NCBI RefSeq assembly: GCF_964355755.1
Contig: NC_092675.1
Location: 7,621,812-7,685,811, forward strand
Source: Antedon mediterranea
Lineage: Eukaryota > Animalia > Echinodermata
Direction of reading: 5' to 3'
DNA: 64,000 nucleotides
In this document: one piece after another, positions 1 to 13,300 of the stretch
Layout: each line of letters opens with the position of its first letter
Numbering within the stretch: position 1 is the first letter of the stretch
Translations under genes and position numbers: made by a program
Notes under the pieces: model-generated
The model's database searches: none
Told to the model about the DNA's origin: nothing
Seen by the model: the letters and a program-made list of their open reading frames with translations, nothing else

Positions 1-215
1 ATCTCCTTGGTTTTGGTCACATTGACTTCCATCTAATGCGGAACCATGGCCGTCCTGTGAATTTTTAAGGAGAGACAGCAAGACAGTGTCGTCAGCAAAT
101 TTGACAAGATGACTATTGTCCTGTTTGCTGCGACAGTCATCCGTGTATATAATATACAGGAGAGGAGAGAGGACGCAACCCTGGGGAGATCCAATACTTG
201 TCATTACGTACATTC
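1..215 (-). mobile_element. Non-LTR retrotransposon reverse transcriptase fragment (Rex1/Babar-L2-CR1 group), 5'-truncated, with internal deletion
   Basis: Minus-strand translation VMTSIGSPQGCVLSPLLYIIYTDDCRSKQDNSHLVKFADDTVLLSLL, then a frameshift to VNVTKTKE: PQG, FADD and KTKE RT motifs. Confidence 0.9.
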
Positions 216-329
216 GTTGATACTAAAATCATCAAAAATCTATCTATAGTAGGCCTAAATCATGAGTTGATTCCGAATTATCAAGACTCATTAATTAATC
301 AGCAATAGTACATACCGCTAATGAATTCC

Positions 330-1235
330 AATGTTCTTCTAGCTAGCATCATTTTTCCTATTTCATGACGATACAATAGGTACAGGAAAAACATTATTTG
401 CACCAAATACTTCCAATATATAAATAAACATAATTTAGTTTTACGCTATTTTAAGAAAATTTGAGTTTTCGTAAAAGGTCACTGACCTCTATAGTTACAT
501 AACAACTGTTGTATCAATTAGTTTTAGAGTAAGAAATACATATTATACACATTTGTAGTTATTTAGATTTTATTGGCAGGCATAAATGTTACCTCTAAAC
601 ACAAGTTTCATCAAATGCATCGGCAATTATGGAATAAGACATTGCAGTTAATAATTTTGTTAGGAAAAATTTGAGTTTTTGTAAAAGGTCAATGACCTTT
701 TGACCTCTAGTTACGTATAACTGTTGTATTAATTGTTTTTTTAATGTATATTAGTAGGATATATATACTATACACATTGGTACTAAAGCTAATTAGATAT
801 GGTTATAAAACAATGGATTATAGGCATAAACGCTACCCCCTACCACAAAATTGTTTACATTACATTTGATCAAGAATCAATTTCAATAAGAATAGTACAT
901 CATTACTTTAAAAAATTCTTCTAGTTAACATCATGTTTCCTATTCTATATATCGATAGGTACAGAAAAAACACAATTTTGATTAAATGCATCCACAATTA
1001 TGGCATACGATATTACAGTTAATCATTTTTTTTATGGAAAAAAATGAGTTTTTGTAAAAGGTCAATAACCTTTTGACCTCTAGTTATATAAATAGGTGTT
1101 GTATTTTGGTTTTTTAAATTGCATATTAGAAAGACATATATATTCTACACATTGATATCAAGATTATTGAGATTGGATTATAAAACCACAAGTTATGGGC
1201 ATAAATGTTACCCCCTACCCCAAAAATATTTACGG
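330..1235. repeat. Degenerate tandem repeat, about 3 diverged copies with irregular spacing (about 210 and 373 bp)
   Basis: Recurrent gaaaa-ttgagtttttgtaaaaggtca-tgacct...tagtta...tacacatt...ggcataaatgttacc blocks near 455, 663 and 1037. Confidence 0.75.
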
Positions 1236-1642
1236 AATAAAATCGCTATATAGTTGTTGAGATTACGTAAAAAATAAAGTGTTCCAATGCTTCAATTTTC
1301 GGTGACTTTTAATATGTCATTATAAACTACATTTGGAATGAAAAAATCAATGTTTCGTTACTATTGCAATTTGTGGTGGGTTTACCTCTAAATATCACTA
1401 GATTGACTGGACTAAACGTACTATTGTAGATATAACCCCACCGCTATTTAATAAAACAAACGAGGGCTATAACGTGTTAACACTGGCCAACCCTTTATTC
1501 AGAGGGAACAACCAATTTAGGGGAAGCATTGTTTTGTCCCAAAGGAAAGTCAGGTGCGTTGTGTAGAAAATGTAGTCATTTTTAAAGCTTTGTTCCCACA
1601 GGATACAAACGCAATCACGTAACGCAACATGTTGACCATTTA

Positions 1643-1973
1643 AGCTTGGTTCCCACTAGAACGTAACGCAAGGACGTAAACGCAACGCAAGCGTTTTAAC
1701 CAATGACAAGCGAAGTTGGTTCCCACTAGAACGTAACGCAAGGACGTAAACGCAACGCAAGCGTTTTAACCAATGATAAGCGAAGTTATCACAAGCGAAT
1801 AAGCCATCGCTTGTGATTGGTCTATTCACTTGCGTTGCGTTACGTCCTTATGTTGCGTCGCTAGTGGGAACCACGCTTTAGCAATCACAAGCGAATAAGC
1901 CATCACTTGTGATTGGTCTTTTCACTTGCGTTGCGTTACGTCCTTGTGTTGTGTTGCCAGTGGGAACCACGCT
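1643..1973. mobile_element. Foldback MITE family B (PIF/Harbinger-like), both arms tandemly duplicated
   Basis: TIR AGCTTGGTTCCCACTAG...CTAGTGGGAACCACGCT flanked by TTA/TTA; left arm repeated with 70-bp period, right arm repeated; extra partial copy about 1586-1640. Confidence 0.8.
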
Positions 1974-2121
1974 TTACAAGCGAAAGTTTGAATAATCCAA
2001 AGCTTGTAGTATAATTAGCGCGCACATGACATAAAAATAATACGCATTTGGCCCTCTACCGTCTTGTGAAGTTTCAGGCAAATAAAAAAAAGAACGAAGG
2101 TTGGAATCTATCTATAATTTG

Positions 2122-2127
2122 TTTATT
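2122..2127 (-). terminator. Candidate polyadenylation signal of the PDE gene (would imply an about 5-kb 3' UTR)
   Basis: Minus strand AATAAA, CA about 20 nt later, then a GU/U-rich tract (TTCGTTCTTTTTTTTATTTG); more proximal AATAAA sites also exist. Confidence 0.35.
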
Positions 2128-5100
2128 TCAAATATTGCAAATTAAGTGTACACCAAAGGAAGCAAACGTAATCAATAGCTGTGATTATGGCTATAATAAT
2201 TATTATTATTATTTAATGTATTATTAGGCCTATTTATTATAATTACTAGTAAGATAAATATAGCTATATGCATCTACCACATATCAGACAAGAAATACAA
2301 TTCCATTATTGTTGTTTAAATACTAATAATAATGCTTTGATTTATAAATAGGTACAAAAATCAGTAATTGTCGTAATGTTAACATAATGCAGATATATCC
2401 CGAAACATACTTTTAATGTCTTTTACTTGTCGCGTTCGTTTGGCAGTTGTTTGAAGTAGGCCCCTAAAAAAACACCTGAGTACTTAAAATAACAGTGGAA
2501 CGTATTACACTTAATAATTCATTAATGTTATACAGTAGGCATATATAATAAATAATATCAATGGTAATAATCCCGTGACGTCACTGATTGCACTAAGCGA
2601 GGACCATCTAATGGAGGGTAGACCTATAGTTATTAAACCATTTAATAAAAACAAAAGCAAACTCATTAATACTATTTTATCAACATAACATAAATAAATT
2701 TATAAGCACCGTTAAAATGACACTGTCGATTCTCCAATCTACAAAACAGGAATAAAAAATAGAGGGTTAAATACATGTTTGGAAAAAAAGTAATAAAAAA
2801 ATATCAACTCAACTCGTAATTAATCTTCACAAGAATAAAGGTCAAAGGTTATGAAACCTTTCCCCAATCTTAAAAAGAAAACATACCCTAAGTTGAATGC
2901 TCTAAATTAAAGATTCGATAAAAATGCTGCAATATCAATACTAACATTACATGTGCTTTTTAGTTGCAATAACGAAAACAAAAAAGTGTGTGGGGGGGGG
3001 GGGCGGGGTAAACTTGGGAACATACTAGCACTTAAACTTATCTTTGGTATAAACTATTGGTCAAATAAATTAAAATGTAGGTATTTTAAAATGTTCTTTA
3101 GTGACTGGACACAGGAGGGCATAGTTTATCATAGATAATTCCCAACCAAGTTAATGTAATATTTTACTTACAGTATTCTTAGTTAAATTTTCCAATATTA
3201 TTCAAATTATCCTAAACTATAAACCAGATAATAATGTTTAAAAGTTGCATCAAAAACATGATATTTAAAAGTATACAGAATTAGATTATGTATATATATA
3301 TATATATTTCATATAAACTAAATACAGTATACAAAAACATTGAGATGGTCTATTGATATACATTGGTATACTGCAATTAGCAGAGTAAATACTTAATTGA
3401 ATACAAAGTATTGAATTGCTTCAATAACAATAATGTAAACAGAGAGAAACATGTATATTGTGTATATGAATTAACTAACACTAATTGAAAAAAAAAATAA
3501 AAATAATATAATAAAAATAAAATAACTTGAATTTGTCATTAAATCACAATTTTATAATAATTCCAGTTTAAAAAAAAAGAAATAGCAAAGAAGTGCCTAT
3601 GAAATAAATTAAAATAATTTGATAATATAATAGATAATAAAAATGAATGGACCCTATAAACACATACTGAATATATCTGTGCACCAAGTTTGTTTACCAT
3701 TAAATTAAATGTTTTAAACATTTTTAAATAAAAATTAACTAAGACATGTTTTAAACCATTTATGAAATACTGTTCTTATTCCATAAAGACAACTCAAATG
3801 AGACACTCTAATTAAGGACCAATTTTTCCCAATTTTCAACAATCTAGGACCAATGTTGGTCATTGCCGGGATCTAGAATCCACCAAGGGGTCAAGAGAAG
3901 AAGTTTTAATGTCTTCAAATATACACAATGAATTAAAATGATGCAACTAATGCCCAGGTCCTAGGTGGTCGATGATTTAAAGCTGCCTAATCACCAGAGC
4001 AGACTTCATAGATGCTCAAAGAATATATGCTTATTAAAGTGGTCTTTAATTAGAGACAAACAGAAATTTACAAGATTATAAAATCTTAATGAAATCCTGT
4101 TCCATCCGATTGACTGTTAGAAATACATTTGTCTGATTATAAAACATGATGATCAAACTATATAACTTAAACCAGATTACAATTATTTATGAATATTCCA
4201 ACACAACTAAACTATTAACTAAAATGTTAACAGGCAATATGTAAACTAATATGTAATATATTATTATTTGTTTGCAATAATAAACAACAACAAAAAACAA
4301 CTATAAATAATATTATAGAAATAAAAACAGTATCACTAGTATAACTATAATAAATATTAAACTCCAACAAACGGAAATCAAAATATTACATAGCTAATAT
4401 GTTTTGCACCATTTAAAGAATACAAACCAAAAACATCACACACTTAAGAAACATAACATTTCTTTTAAATAGTTAATTTAAGAATAAGTTATCCTATTAT
4501 TCTGTGGTATAGGTAAAACAATGTACAACTGTATATTTACAAGATCAATAGATTATTTCTTACATACATACATATCTAAAGTAGATACTGATTAGTAGAT
4601 ATATGTTAAGGCTTAATTATTATTTGCATTCAATTCACTGAAAGATCCTTAAGAATTTTATATAGTATTTATCTATAGTTGACTCATAATGTTTAAAATT
4701 GCAATTAATACTACATCGCTATAAATGCTAAACATTCAGTGTCGTCCAATAACAAGAAAAATGTACAAAATAACTATTTGTCCTCAAACTGTTCTTTTAT
4801 CGTCAAAATCAGCCGTAAATGAAAAATGTCTTTTAGTAATTTTGATAATTTTTCAGAACTCAAAAATGCATAACTATTGTTTTAAAAAATAAAGAAAAAA
4901 ACAGTGAGAAATTTAACTAAATTAAATATGTGGCATGGTTTAAGTTAAATGTTTGAGTTAGCATGTGAGGTAATCGGAGGAGGCAAATTGTGGCCAAATA
5001 ATTCAATTAAAACAACCAAAATAATTTTCTGGCATGGTTTAAAAATACAATGCTGAAATGTTGAATCACTATTAATGGGACACCACTGGGACCTAAAAAA

Positions 5101-7128
5101 CTGTCCCCTTAAAACATATATATATTTATTTCTTCTTGTTAATTTCACTTCAGAGATGTGTCGCTAAAAGATATATTGTCCCCCTAAAAAAAATTTTTTT
5201 TTAAATTTTTTTTTAATATGCCATTTTAATTTCACATAATATTAACTCTGACCAACAATTGGATAAAAAAAATATTTACTTAAAAAATGTAATTTAAAGC
5301 AAAAATTACTTCAATTATCTGTCAGAAAATGGTTTTTGGTTAAAATTAAACATTTCTTTTGTCTTTTTATAAGTAGTGAAATAATTTTTTTTCTTACAGA
5401 AGTTAAAAACTTTATTAAAACTGCAAAATGGCCTATTTTAATTCTGATTTTATTAATCTTGATTTTTCATGTTTTTGGGGGACAATACATCTTTAAATAG
5501 TGGTTGGCCATAATGTTAAAATATAATTTCCCCTTATTCCTTAATAACATGTCTCCTGAATGAGGTAGTACCCCCAAAGGAGAGGTTCAACTGTATTAGA
5601 CTGATGGTTAAAATAGTACATGAAATGCAAATGTGAAAACCAAATGATTATTAACATTTCAGTCCTGCTGAGGAATATGATATCTCACACGGCTCATTAA
5701 TGAAATTTGATTTGATATAATGGACCAAAACTACACAATTGTAGACACATGATTCATTAGCCAATGCCAAAATGTGATAATCAATGCACATTTTAAATAA
5801 ATGCGGATTATTGTATTCTGTATTTGAATAAATTGAACTTGATATGTTTAAAAATTGAAACAAAATGTCCCCTGTGTGTCATAAATATTTTAGCAACTTA
5901 TCAGGCATACCATTATTGGTAATAACTATAAAGAAAGATACTCCTGAACATAAGGTTGGTGGAGGTGTGAATTAGTTCACCTATACAAAATGTGTTACAA
6001 TACAAAAATGACCATATTTCGGCATCCACCATTTTCTGCCATTTTTGCACCATCCTAAATAATAGATATTTTTTAAAATTAATAACTTAAGCATTGTAAA
6101 CATTGCACGGTGGAAATTATGTAAAGGTTATTAAGTTTTACAAAGAAAAATGTATTTAAATATATGACTTGTTGTAATAATGTAAGTTGTATGAATACAC
6201 ATAAATTACCACACATACCTGTTGATGTGCACGTTTGGTACACACACACACACACATTCATAATTACTCCATGTTAATACTTACCAGAAGTCTGACAATT
6301 CTATACTTTTTAAAAATGCATTTTACAATATTGCTTTTGGTTCTTTAAAAATCGAACTATTTCATGCTATTTATAAATTATTTATAGTTATCAGATAAAT
6401 AGTGTATTACCACAAACTTAGCTGATATGCATTGGTCAAGTATTTTTTAAACACTACCATAAAAAGTCCAAATACAGTGGACATTCTAGATTGGAATAAT
6501 TATTATAGTGACCATTAGCTCCTTGTGCATCAGTAGATATTCAGCAATTACTTCATGTTTCCATTAAAGAACCACATTTTCCTCTAATGCATAAGGAGAT
6601 TCCACTGTATTTTATTCTGGTACAATCTAGCCTATTTAACAGTATATAATAATCTGCCCTTCAAACATTCTAAACCTCTATTTGACAACCACAATCAACA
6701 AACTTCACACTCAGAGTGGTATTAATACTGTAAAATAGAAATTTTAAAAGTTCACAGTAAAGTTTTAAATTTAACCGGTTTGCTAAAAAAAAGTGTACTG
6801 ACCCTGTTTCGAAAAGATTCTACGGATTACTGCAATGATCAGTAGTTACAATTATTAAAACTTCTTAATATTTCTTTAAATTTAATATAAAACAAACGAA
6901 AACACAATTCTAAATTATAATAATGATATAGTAAACATAGAACCCTTATTCATAGATACAATGTCAAAATTATTGTTTGAATAAACAGTCAGAAGAATTC
7001 AACCAAGAAGAACATGTTGTATCTGCTATGTAATTTGTACAACTTCTTGATGAACTCCGATTCTTACTGGATTCTACCGAAATATCTAGTACTTTAAGTT
7101 TAGACTCACTGCCAAATGCAGTATATAG

Positions 7129-7302
7129 TTAGTGCTTGCTGCTGCTTGTAGCCTCTGATTCGTCAACGTCTTTTTCGTCCGTCACCCCTTTTTCCTTCAG
7201 GCCGCTTATTCCAACTTTTCGTCCTTCTTTCAACCAGTTTTCCCTGTTTTCTTCAGTACCTTTTTTCAATGGATACAGTTTTTCAAAACCAATTGTTAAA
7301 GC
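7129..7302 (-). CDS. PDE last coding exon ([27 protein letters not shown]...EATSSSKH*)
   Basis: attag acceptor, 174 nt to TAA; NRxxW terminal helix motif. Confidence 0.92.
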   Translation of the reverse strand, partial: ALTIGFEKLYPLKKGTEENRENWLKEGRKVGISGLKEKGVTDEKDVDESEATSSSKH

Positions 7303-10300
7303 CTAATACATAGAAAAAAAAACAAGTATATTAAAGAAATTTATGTTATAAAAGAGTTTGTACCTTGATTCATTTATATTTTTAATGTGTACTGTGATAA
7401 ATTTGAAACCAGTACTGTGATACCAAACAAAAGACAAGTAAATACAAGCATTCATTATCAAATCAATACATTAATTTTCCTGAAAATCAATAGACATGTT
7501 CTGTAAGAATATACCTACTAACACCAAAACATTCAGGACGATAACTAAAAAATTGTGAATACTATCGTGTTAAACAAAGAAAGCAAGTACCACTTGAACA
7601 AATAAATAGCTCAGTACATTTATAGAATAGTAAACAAAAATGATAATATCATACCTTATATATTGGAAGGCATATTGCATCAATAAAACTAACTTGCATT
7701 TTTGGCAAGAGATGGTGTTTCTCTCTGTTCATCATATCCTTTAAAACAAATAAATAGGTGGATTTATATAGCTCATAAGATCTTTAAGGTAGATTTTACT
7801 CTATTTAATAACATGCTCCTCCTCTTAAGCTTGGTTCTAACTAGGACGTAACGCAACGTAAGTGAGTTGACCAATCACAAGTGATGGATTATTCGAACTG
7901 TCGCTTGTCGTTGGTCAACACGCCTACGTTGCGTTTACATCCTTGCATTGCGTCCTAGTAGGAACCAAGCCTAAAGGCCATTTTATGTCATTACAACCAT
8001 CAGTCATTTTTTCACTATGACAGGTGATCAAGTACACCAGAGAAACCGCGCCTTTGATCACTTACTGCTGGAATTGGCGCGTTACAAATTAGTACTATTG
8101 TTATTATTATTATTAAACTGAAACTCTTTTCATGTTTTTTTTGGTGTATAGTCTTTGTTTGGTGTTTCAGTCGAGCGGTTAAGGAAGGGGCCTAAACAGC
8201 CAAAAATATTTTAAAACTGGGTTCAAGGCCAACACGCTTCTAGTTTATTTCGGTTAAGGACTCTAAACCGTATATCATTGAGTGTACACTGTTTGTCCAT
8301 GTGGACAAAATTCATTTGAGCTGAGTAGGGGGTTATCCCGGTGGACTGGCTTATTTACTACCTATCTGATAGGATAGTGATTAATTTACAGTTAGTAATG
8401 CTTGGTCATTTGCCTAAAAAATAAACTTAAAATAAAATTTTGTAGGGAAACATACCTCTGGCTCCACATTTAATTTTCGCTCCAAATCACCCTGTTCAAA
8501 AAACTCTCCAGACACTAGCTCAGCAACCTAAAATGTCAAACAAAAGTGGAAAAGGAAATGTCAAACAATGTGGGTGAATTTTATAGCAATTCAATAAAAA
8601 CAGAAAAAAAATACAATTATCAATAATTTACATTTTTACACAGCCTTTTAACAGTGGCAAATCAATAGAAAAATCAATCGAAAAAAAAAAAAAATCATAT
8701 TAGCATTTTTTTTAAAAATAAAATTGATTGCTTATACTAACTGGGTTTAATATATTTAAACCTTAGTGTATGTCGATGTGATGTTGATTCATATATTTCT
8801 ATTTTTCATGAGTAGTGTACAAAAAAGACAAAATTATGTACATTTTTTAAATGTTGGACAATAGATGCCGTTGAAGCTTTCGTATTTCATTTCATTGATT
8901 TTATTTCATTTATTTTATTATTACTATATTTAATCTAAAAATTACCAGCAATTTTAAGATTGCAGAACTACCTCCTAAAAACTTGCTGGTTATATGTGAG
9001 CAGTGGAGTAGCTCAATGTAAAGCTCTGTCTACACTATCAAACTAGTTTGACAAAAAAAAAGTGTGATGTGCTCAAATATGGTAGTGATATGCCCAAATA
9101 TGGTAGTGATATGGCATCATCCCATTCATATATAAGCATTTAAATTTGTTTGCCATATAAAGTTTGATAGTGTAGACAGATCTTAAGTGTTTACGAATGC
9201 CAGTTGGATACGCCTAATATGTATTCAATATTTTACTTAATTTATTACTTGTACAAACCTCTTTCTGCACTTCCCACGGCTTGCTGATCGCAGACACATC
9301 GCAAGCTGTCATCAGCATGCCTCGCAAAATCTCCCGGTTTTCCTCATCACACCAATCGCAGTCTTTTGATTTGACTAGGTTAAAAAAATCTCCTCTTGAT
9401 CTGGAAATTCAAAAAATAATTGATGCCGATCATAACTGATGTGTTGAATTGTTAGTATTAAAGAGATCTTTCTATAATGGCCTGTTTCTGTAAAACTGTA
9501 TATTTCACAAATATAATTTTTAGGCTAAACCACATTTCCGCTCCCAATTAAACCGTTTAAATTTGTACATTGACTAATAACATTAACAATGCCCAAAATG
9601 CAATGCAATCCGGCGTTAAACGTTCACGATACAGCTGTCAATCAAATAATCATTATTTTGCGTTGCCGCTGAAAGTTGCATAGCGATAACCGGTTAAATG
9701 GTGTTCCAACATGGATTCAATTGGTGTTTTAACCGTTATTTTCAAGCTGCCATTTAACCGGTTTTTTAAACTGTTGCCAGGAAATTGGGGTTAATTTATT
9801 CACACGATAATTTTTTTTTTTCGAAGCAGAAAAAAGACCTACATGTATGTACTATGTGTAGTATAATCACAAGATGAATACACTAATGTCACTCCTATAA
9901 AAAATCTTACTTGAAATAAACAGCCAGGTCTGTTGAGAGTATTGCATGTTCTACAAGACGGGTTACTTGTGAGTAATCCTCCGGAGATAGGTTGTTAAAT
10001 ATTTCACAACCCTAAAATTTAAAGTTTAGCAGAATTTATTTATCCAACAAATTTATATTTTAAGTACTCCTATGTGATAAGTGGCATTTGTTTTTTTTAT
10101 ATTTTATATCAATATTATTATGTTTATTTTTTCAATCATTTTACTGTAAAGCTTGGTTGCCACTAGTTACGCAACGCAAGAATGTAACGCAACGCAAATT
10201 GATTTGACCAATCCCAAGCGACCAAACCAAGTTTAATATAAACATAAACAGTCAACTGATGATGAATACCTAATATAAATAACACGTCAATACAGACATT

Positions 10301-13300
10301 AATTTTAAACATTTAATTCAGCCTGATTAAGACAATACAACATCTATTTTTTTCTGTTAATTTTTAGTTTTTAAGCTTTACCTTGCTATTTAAGATCATA
10401 ATGCACTGATCAAAATGATGATGCTCCATAACAGACGTAGAATACAGCTGTGCCAACGATGATTCAGTCCTGAAAAATACACAAACTTCAATTATTTCAC
10501 TGAAAACAATAAAGGTTATATACTGGGGAGTAAAAAAGATTCTAGGCCAGTTTTCCAAATGAAAATGACCAAACAACTCAGATTGCGAACTGTAAGAAAA
10601 CCATCGAAACATACTTATAAGTTATATAATAATAATAATTCATTCTACGAAATGTATAACATTTATGGCATAATTAATAAAGTATATTACCTTACATACC
10701 ATGGTATTTTGTAATGTTTTTTTTATTTCCCTAATAAAAACTATGTCAAATTTATGAGCCTAGCTAGGCCTGACGCACTAGGCCACCTAGGTGTATGTAT
10801 TATAGTAAGCAAATTTCACACGTTGAAAGCTATGCTAAGCAAACTGGATGAGGAAAGTTGAGATTTGGCAAACATTTCAGGGCAATCCGGAAGACAACAT
10901 GGCAATCATGGAGACTGCAGGACAACCATATTGACTATACATGGCAACCTTTGGAAGAAAGAGTAACCATGGTGACTAAAGGGAAATAAAAGGGAATACA
11001 GGAAACCCTGGATAATTCAGGAAAACATCCATCGAGACTCCAGGCTAACTTTCATTCATTCAGTCATTCATCAGTGGAAAATTACTTCCATTTATTGTCA
11101 TTTGCAAATAAAATATACATAGAAATTATGTTTGCTCCGCAATATACAAAAACAGATAAAAAAAACTCAAAAGTGTCACATCAGTCTTGTACGGTATACT
11201 GACAAGCATTCAGTGGCCAAATAAATGAATGATTGACTATACACCAAAGACACCAATGTAGATATCTATTTAAAGATATATATTGTTGATATTTCAATAG
11301 AATTATAAATTAAACAACATCTATTTTTCATTGTAATCAAATTTAGTATAGTAATTGGTAAAGATAAGTTAGAACATAACAGGTATAAAAGAAATTCTGT
11401 GTACAGTAGACAAGAACGTCAATACCCATCTATTTAATATGGATATTTAGAAGAAAAAATATATATAATATGCTGATTAATTCCCTGTTCGCTGTACACA
11501 CCATAATTACATAAATTTGAAATCCATAGAAAGCAGGTTGCAAAAATGATATGTACACGCTGAGTAGCTAATCAAATGGCTTAATATGTCTGGCTTTATA
11601 ATAATAATAAAAATCTAGTGAGGCATGGTTTATGAATATAACTTGTATAATCATTGAAGCTTGAATGTACTAGGTGGATAACATGTTTTATGAAAAATAG
11701 TACAGCAATATTTTGTGTACTTCGTGCATTATGTTTAGATTGGATTGTGAAATTTCATTATCGATCATAAGCGAAATTGAAAGAAATGTTGGCGTTATAT
11801 CAAAAGAATGTATTTAAGTGATGTGCTATTGATTACAACAAATAACCTTTCAAAAGTATTGTCAGTGATACATATTTATATCAACTCAATTTTAAATTCT
11901 TATTTTAAACTATTTTGATACAAATGGCATCTTAAAGTATTTAATCAGTTTCATTATTACATTTTATGGAATACCTTATAACATGCATCCTAAAATCCTC
12001 CGTGTCAAGAAGTATTGTCAATCAATTATACTTACATTATCTGGTACTTATTATTTGTACCTCGATGATCAAGATCGTGACAAAAACATGCGACTAGGAG
12101 TGCCATACATTCTAGGTCAGAAATCACATTGCACAGTTGACCGGTCTAAAACATAACAGTGGAAACAAAATGTCAGCATCACAGTGTGGTAAATAAATTT
12201 TGATATAGAATCGAATTCAGAAATTCAAGACACCACAATTTTGATAAATAAGTTATTATTTTATTTGTTTGTTTTTATTTATTTACACTGTGTAACACCC
12301 TACTCGTCTCAAAAGATGTACTAGGTTTTTTAAAGTGCACATGTGCTAGATGTGTACACTAGTTGTACGGTTTTATAGTCCTTTTCCAAGAAGACTCGTT
12401 CTACCACAAGAACTATGGAGCGAGTGAGCCTCGAAGGCTTGCCGATGTTAGAGCTACATAATATACGGATCAACTGTTTTAACTGCTCGGTCACTCACTC
12501 ACATGTTCTCAGATAAGGACAGTGACTAATAACTGGAGATCTGACTTGGCTTGTACTTTCAAATGAGTAGGGGATTACCATGGAGGATGGGTAAATTTCA
12601 CACTCTGTCATAGACCATATGTAATGTAAAACCTACTGTTTATAGTCCACTACAGTGTGGACATAGTACAATATTTCATCCATAAGTAGAAATACATATT
12701 ATTCGTCATATTAGTAATATATTGTTTTAAGATTTGCATGGCGAATTCAAATGTTGATATAAAGTTTGTGGTATATTAGTTCTGAAAAGAACTGTTGAGT
12801 TTCTCGACGTTTCGATCAATATGCATTGATCGTCCTCAGGAGTGAGAATGCAGAAAGTCCAGGAAACTTGGAATATAAGTGGAAAGGGTGGGACTGGTGT
12901 GAAAGCCAGAAACAATAGCAAGTTCACACAGTGGGAGGGATTGAAACTAGATATAGAAGAGCATTGTTTCTTTTTTGATTAGTTATAATATTGTAAACAA
13001 TGACTTACTTTAAGTATTGCAAACATTGTTTGGGACACACTAAATGCATGTTTCCAATTGTGATATGTCACATTGCGATAATTTTTTCGTACGCTCAGTA
13101 GCCACCGACACATTGTCTGAAAGAAACAAATATCTTCAACTTAAATGAAAGTAATACCAAATATTTGAATAAATGTAATTATATACAAGTGGTATATCCA
13201 TTTGCTAACGGTTAAGCTGAGTTACAATGAGAGTACGCCCACACTAAAGTTTACATTTTTTTATACCAACCAATACACATTTGATAGCATTTCACTTTTC

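Noticed and set aside
10860-11050. G-rich periodic stretch resembling collagen Gly-X-Y coding
   Set aside because: Frame not maintained; looks like a decayed short-period minisatellite (ggcaaccatggagac-like)
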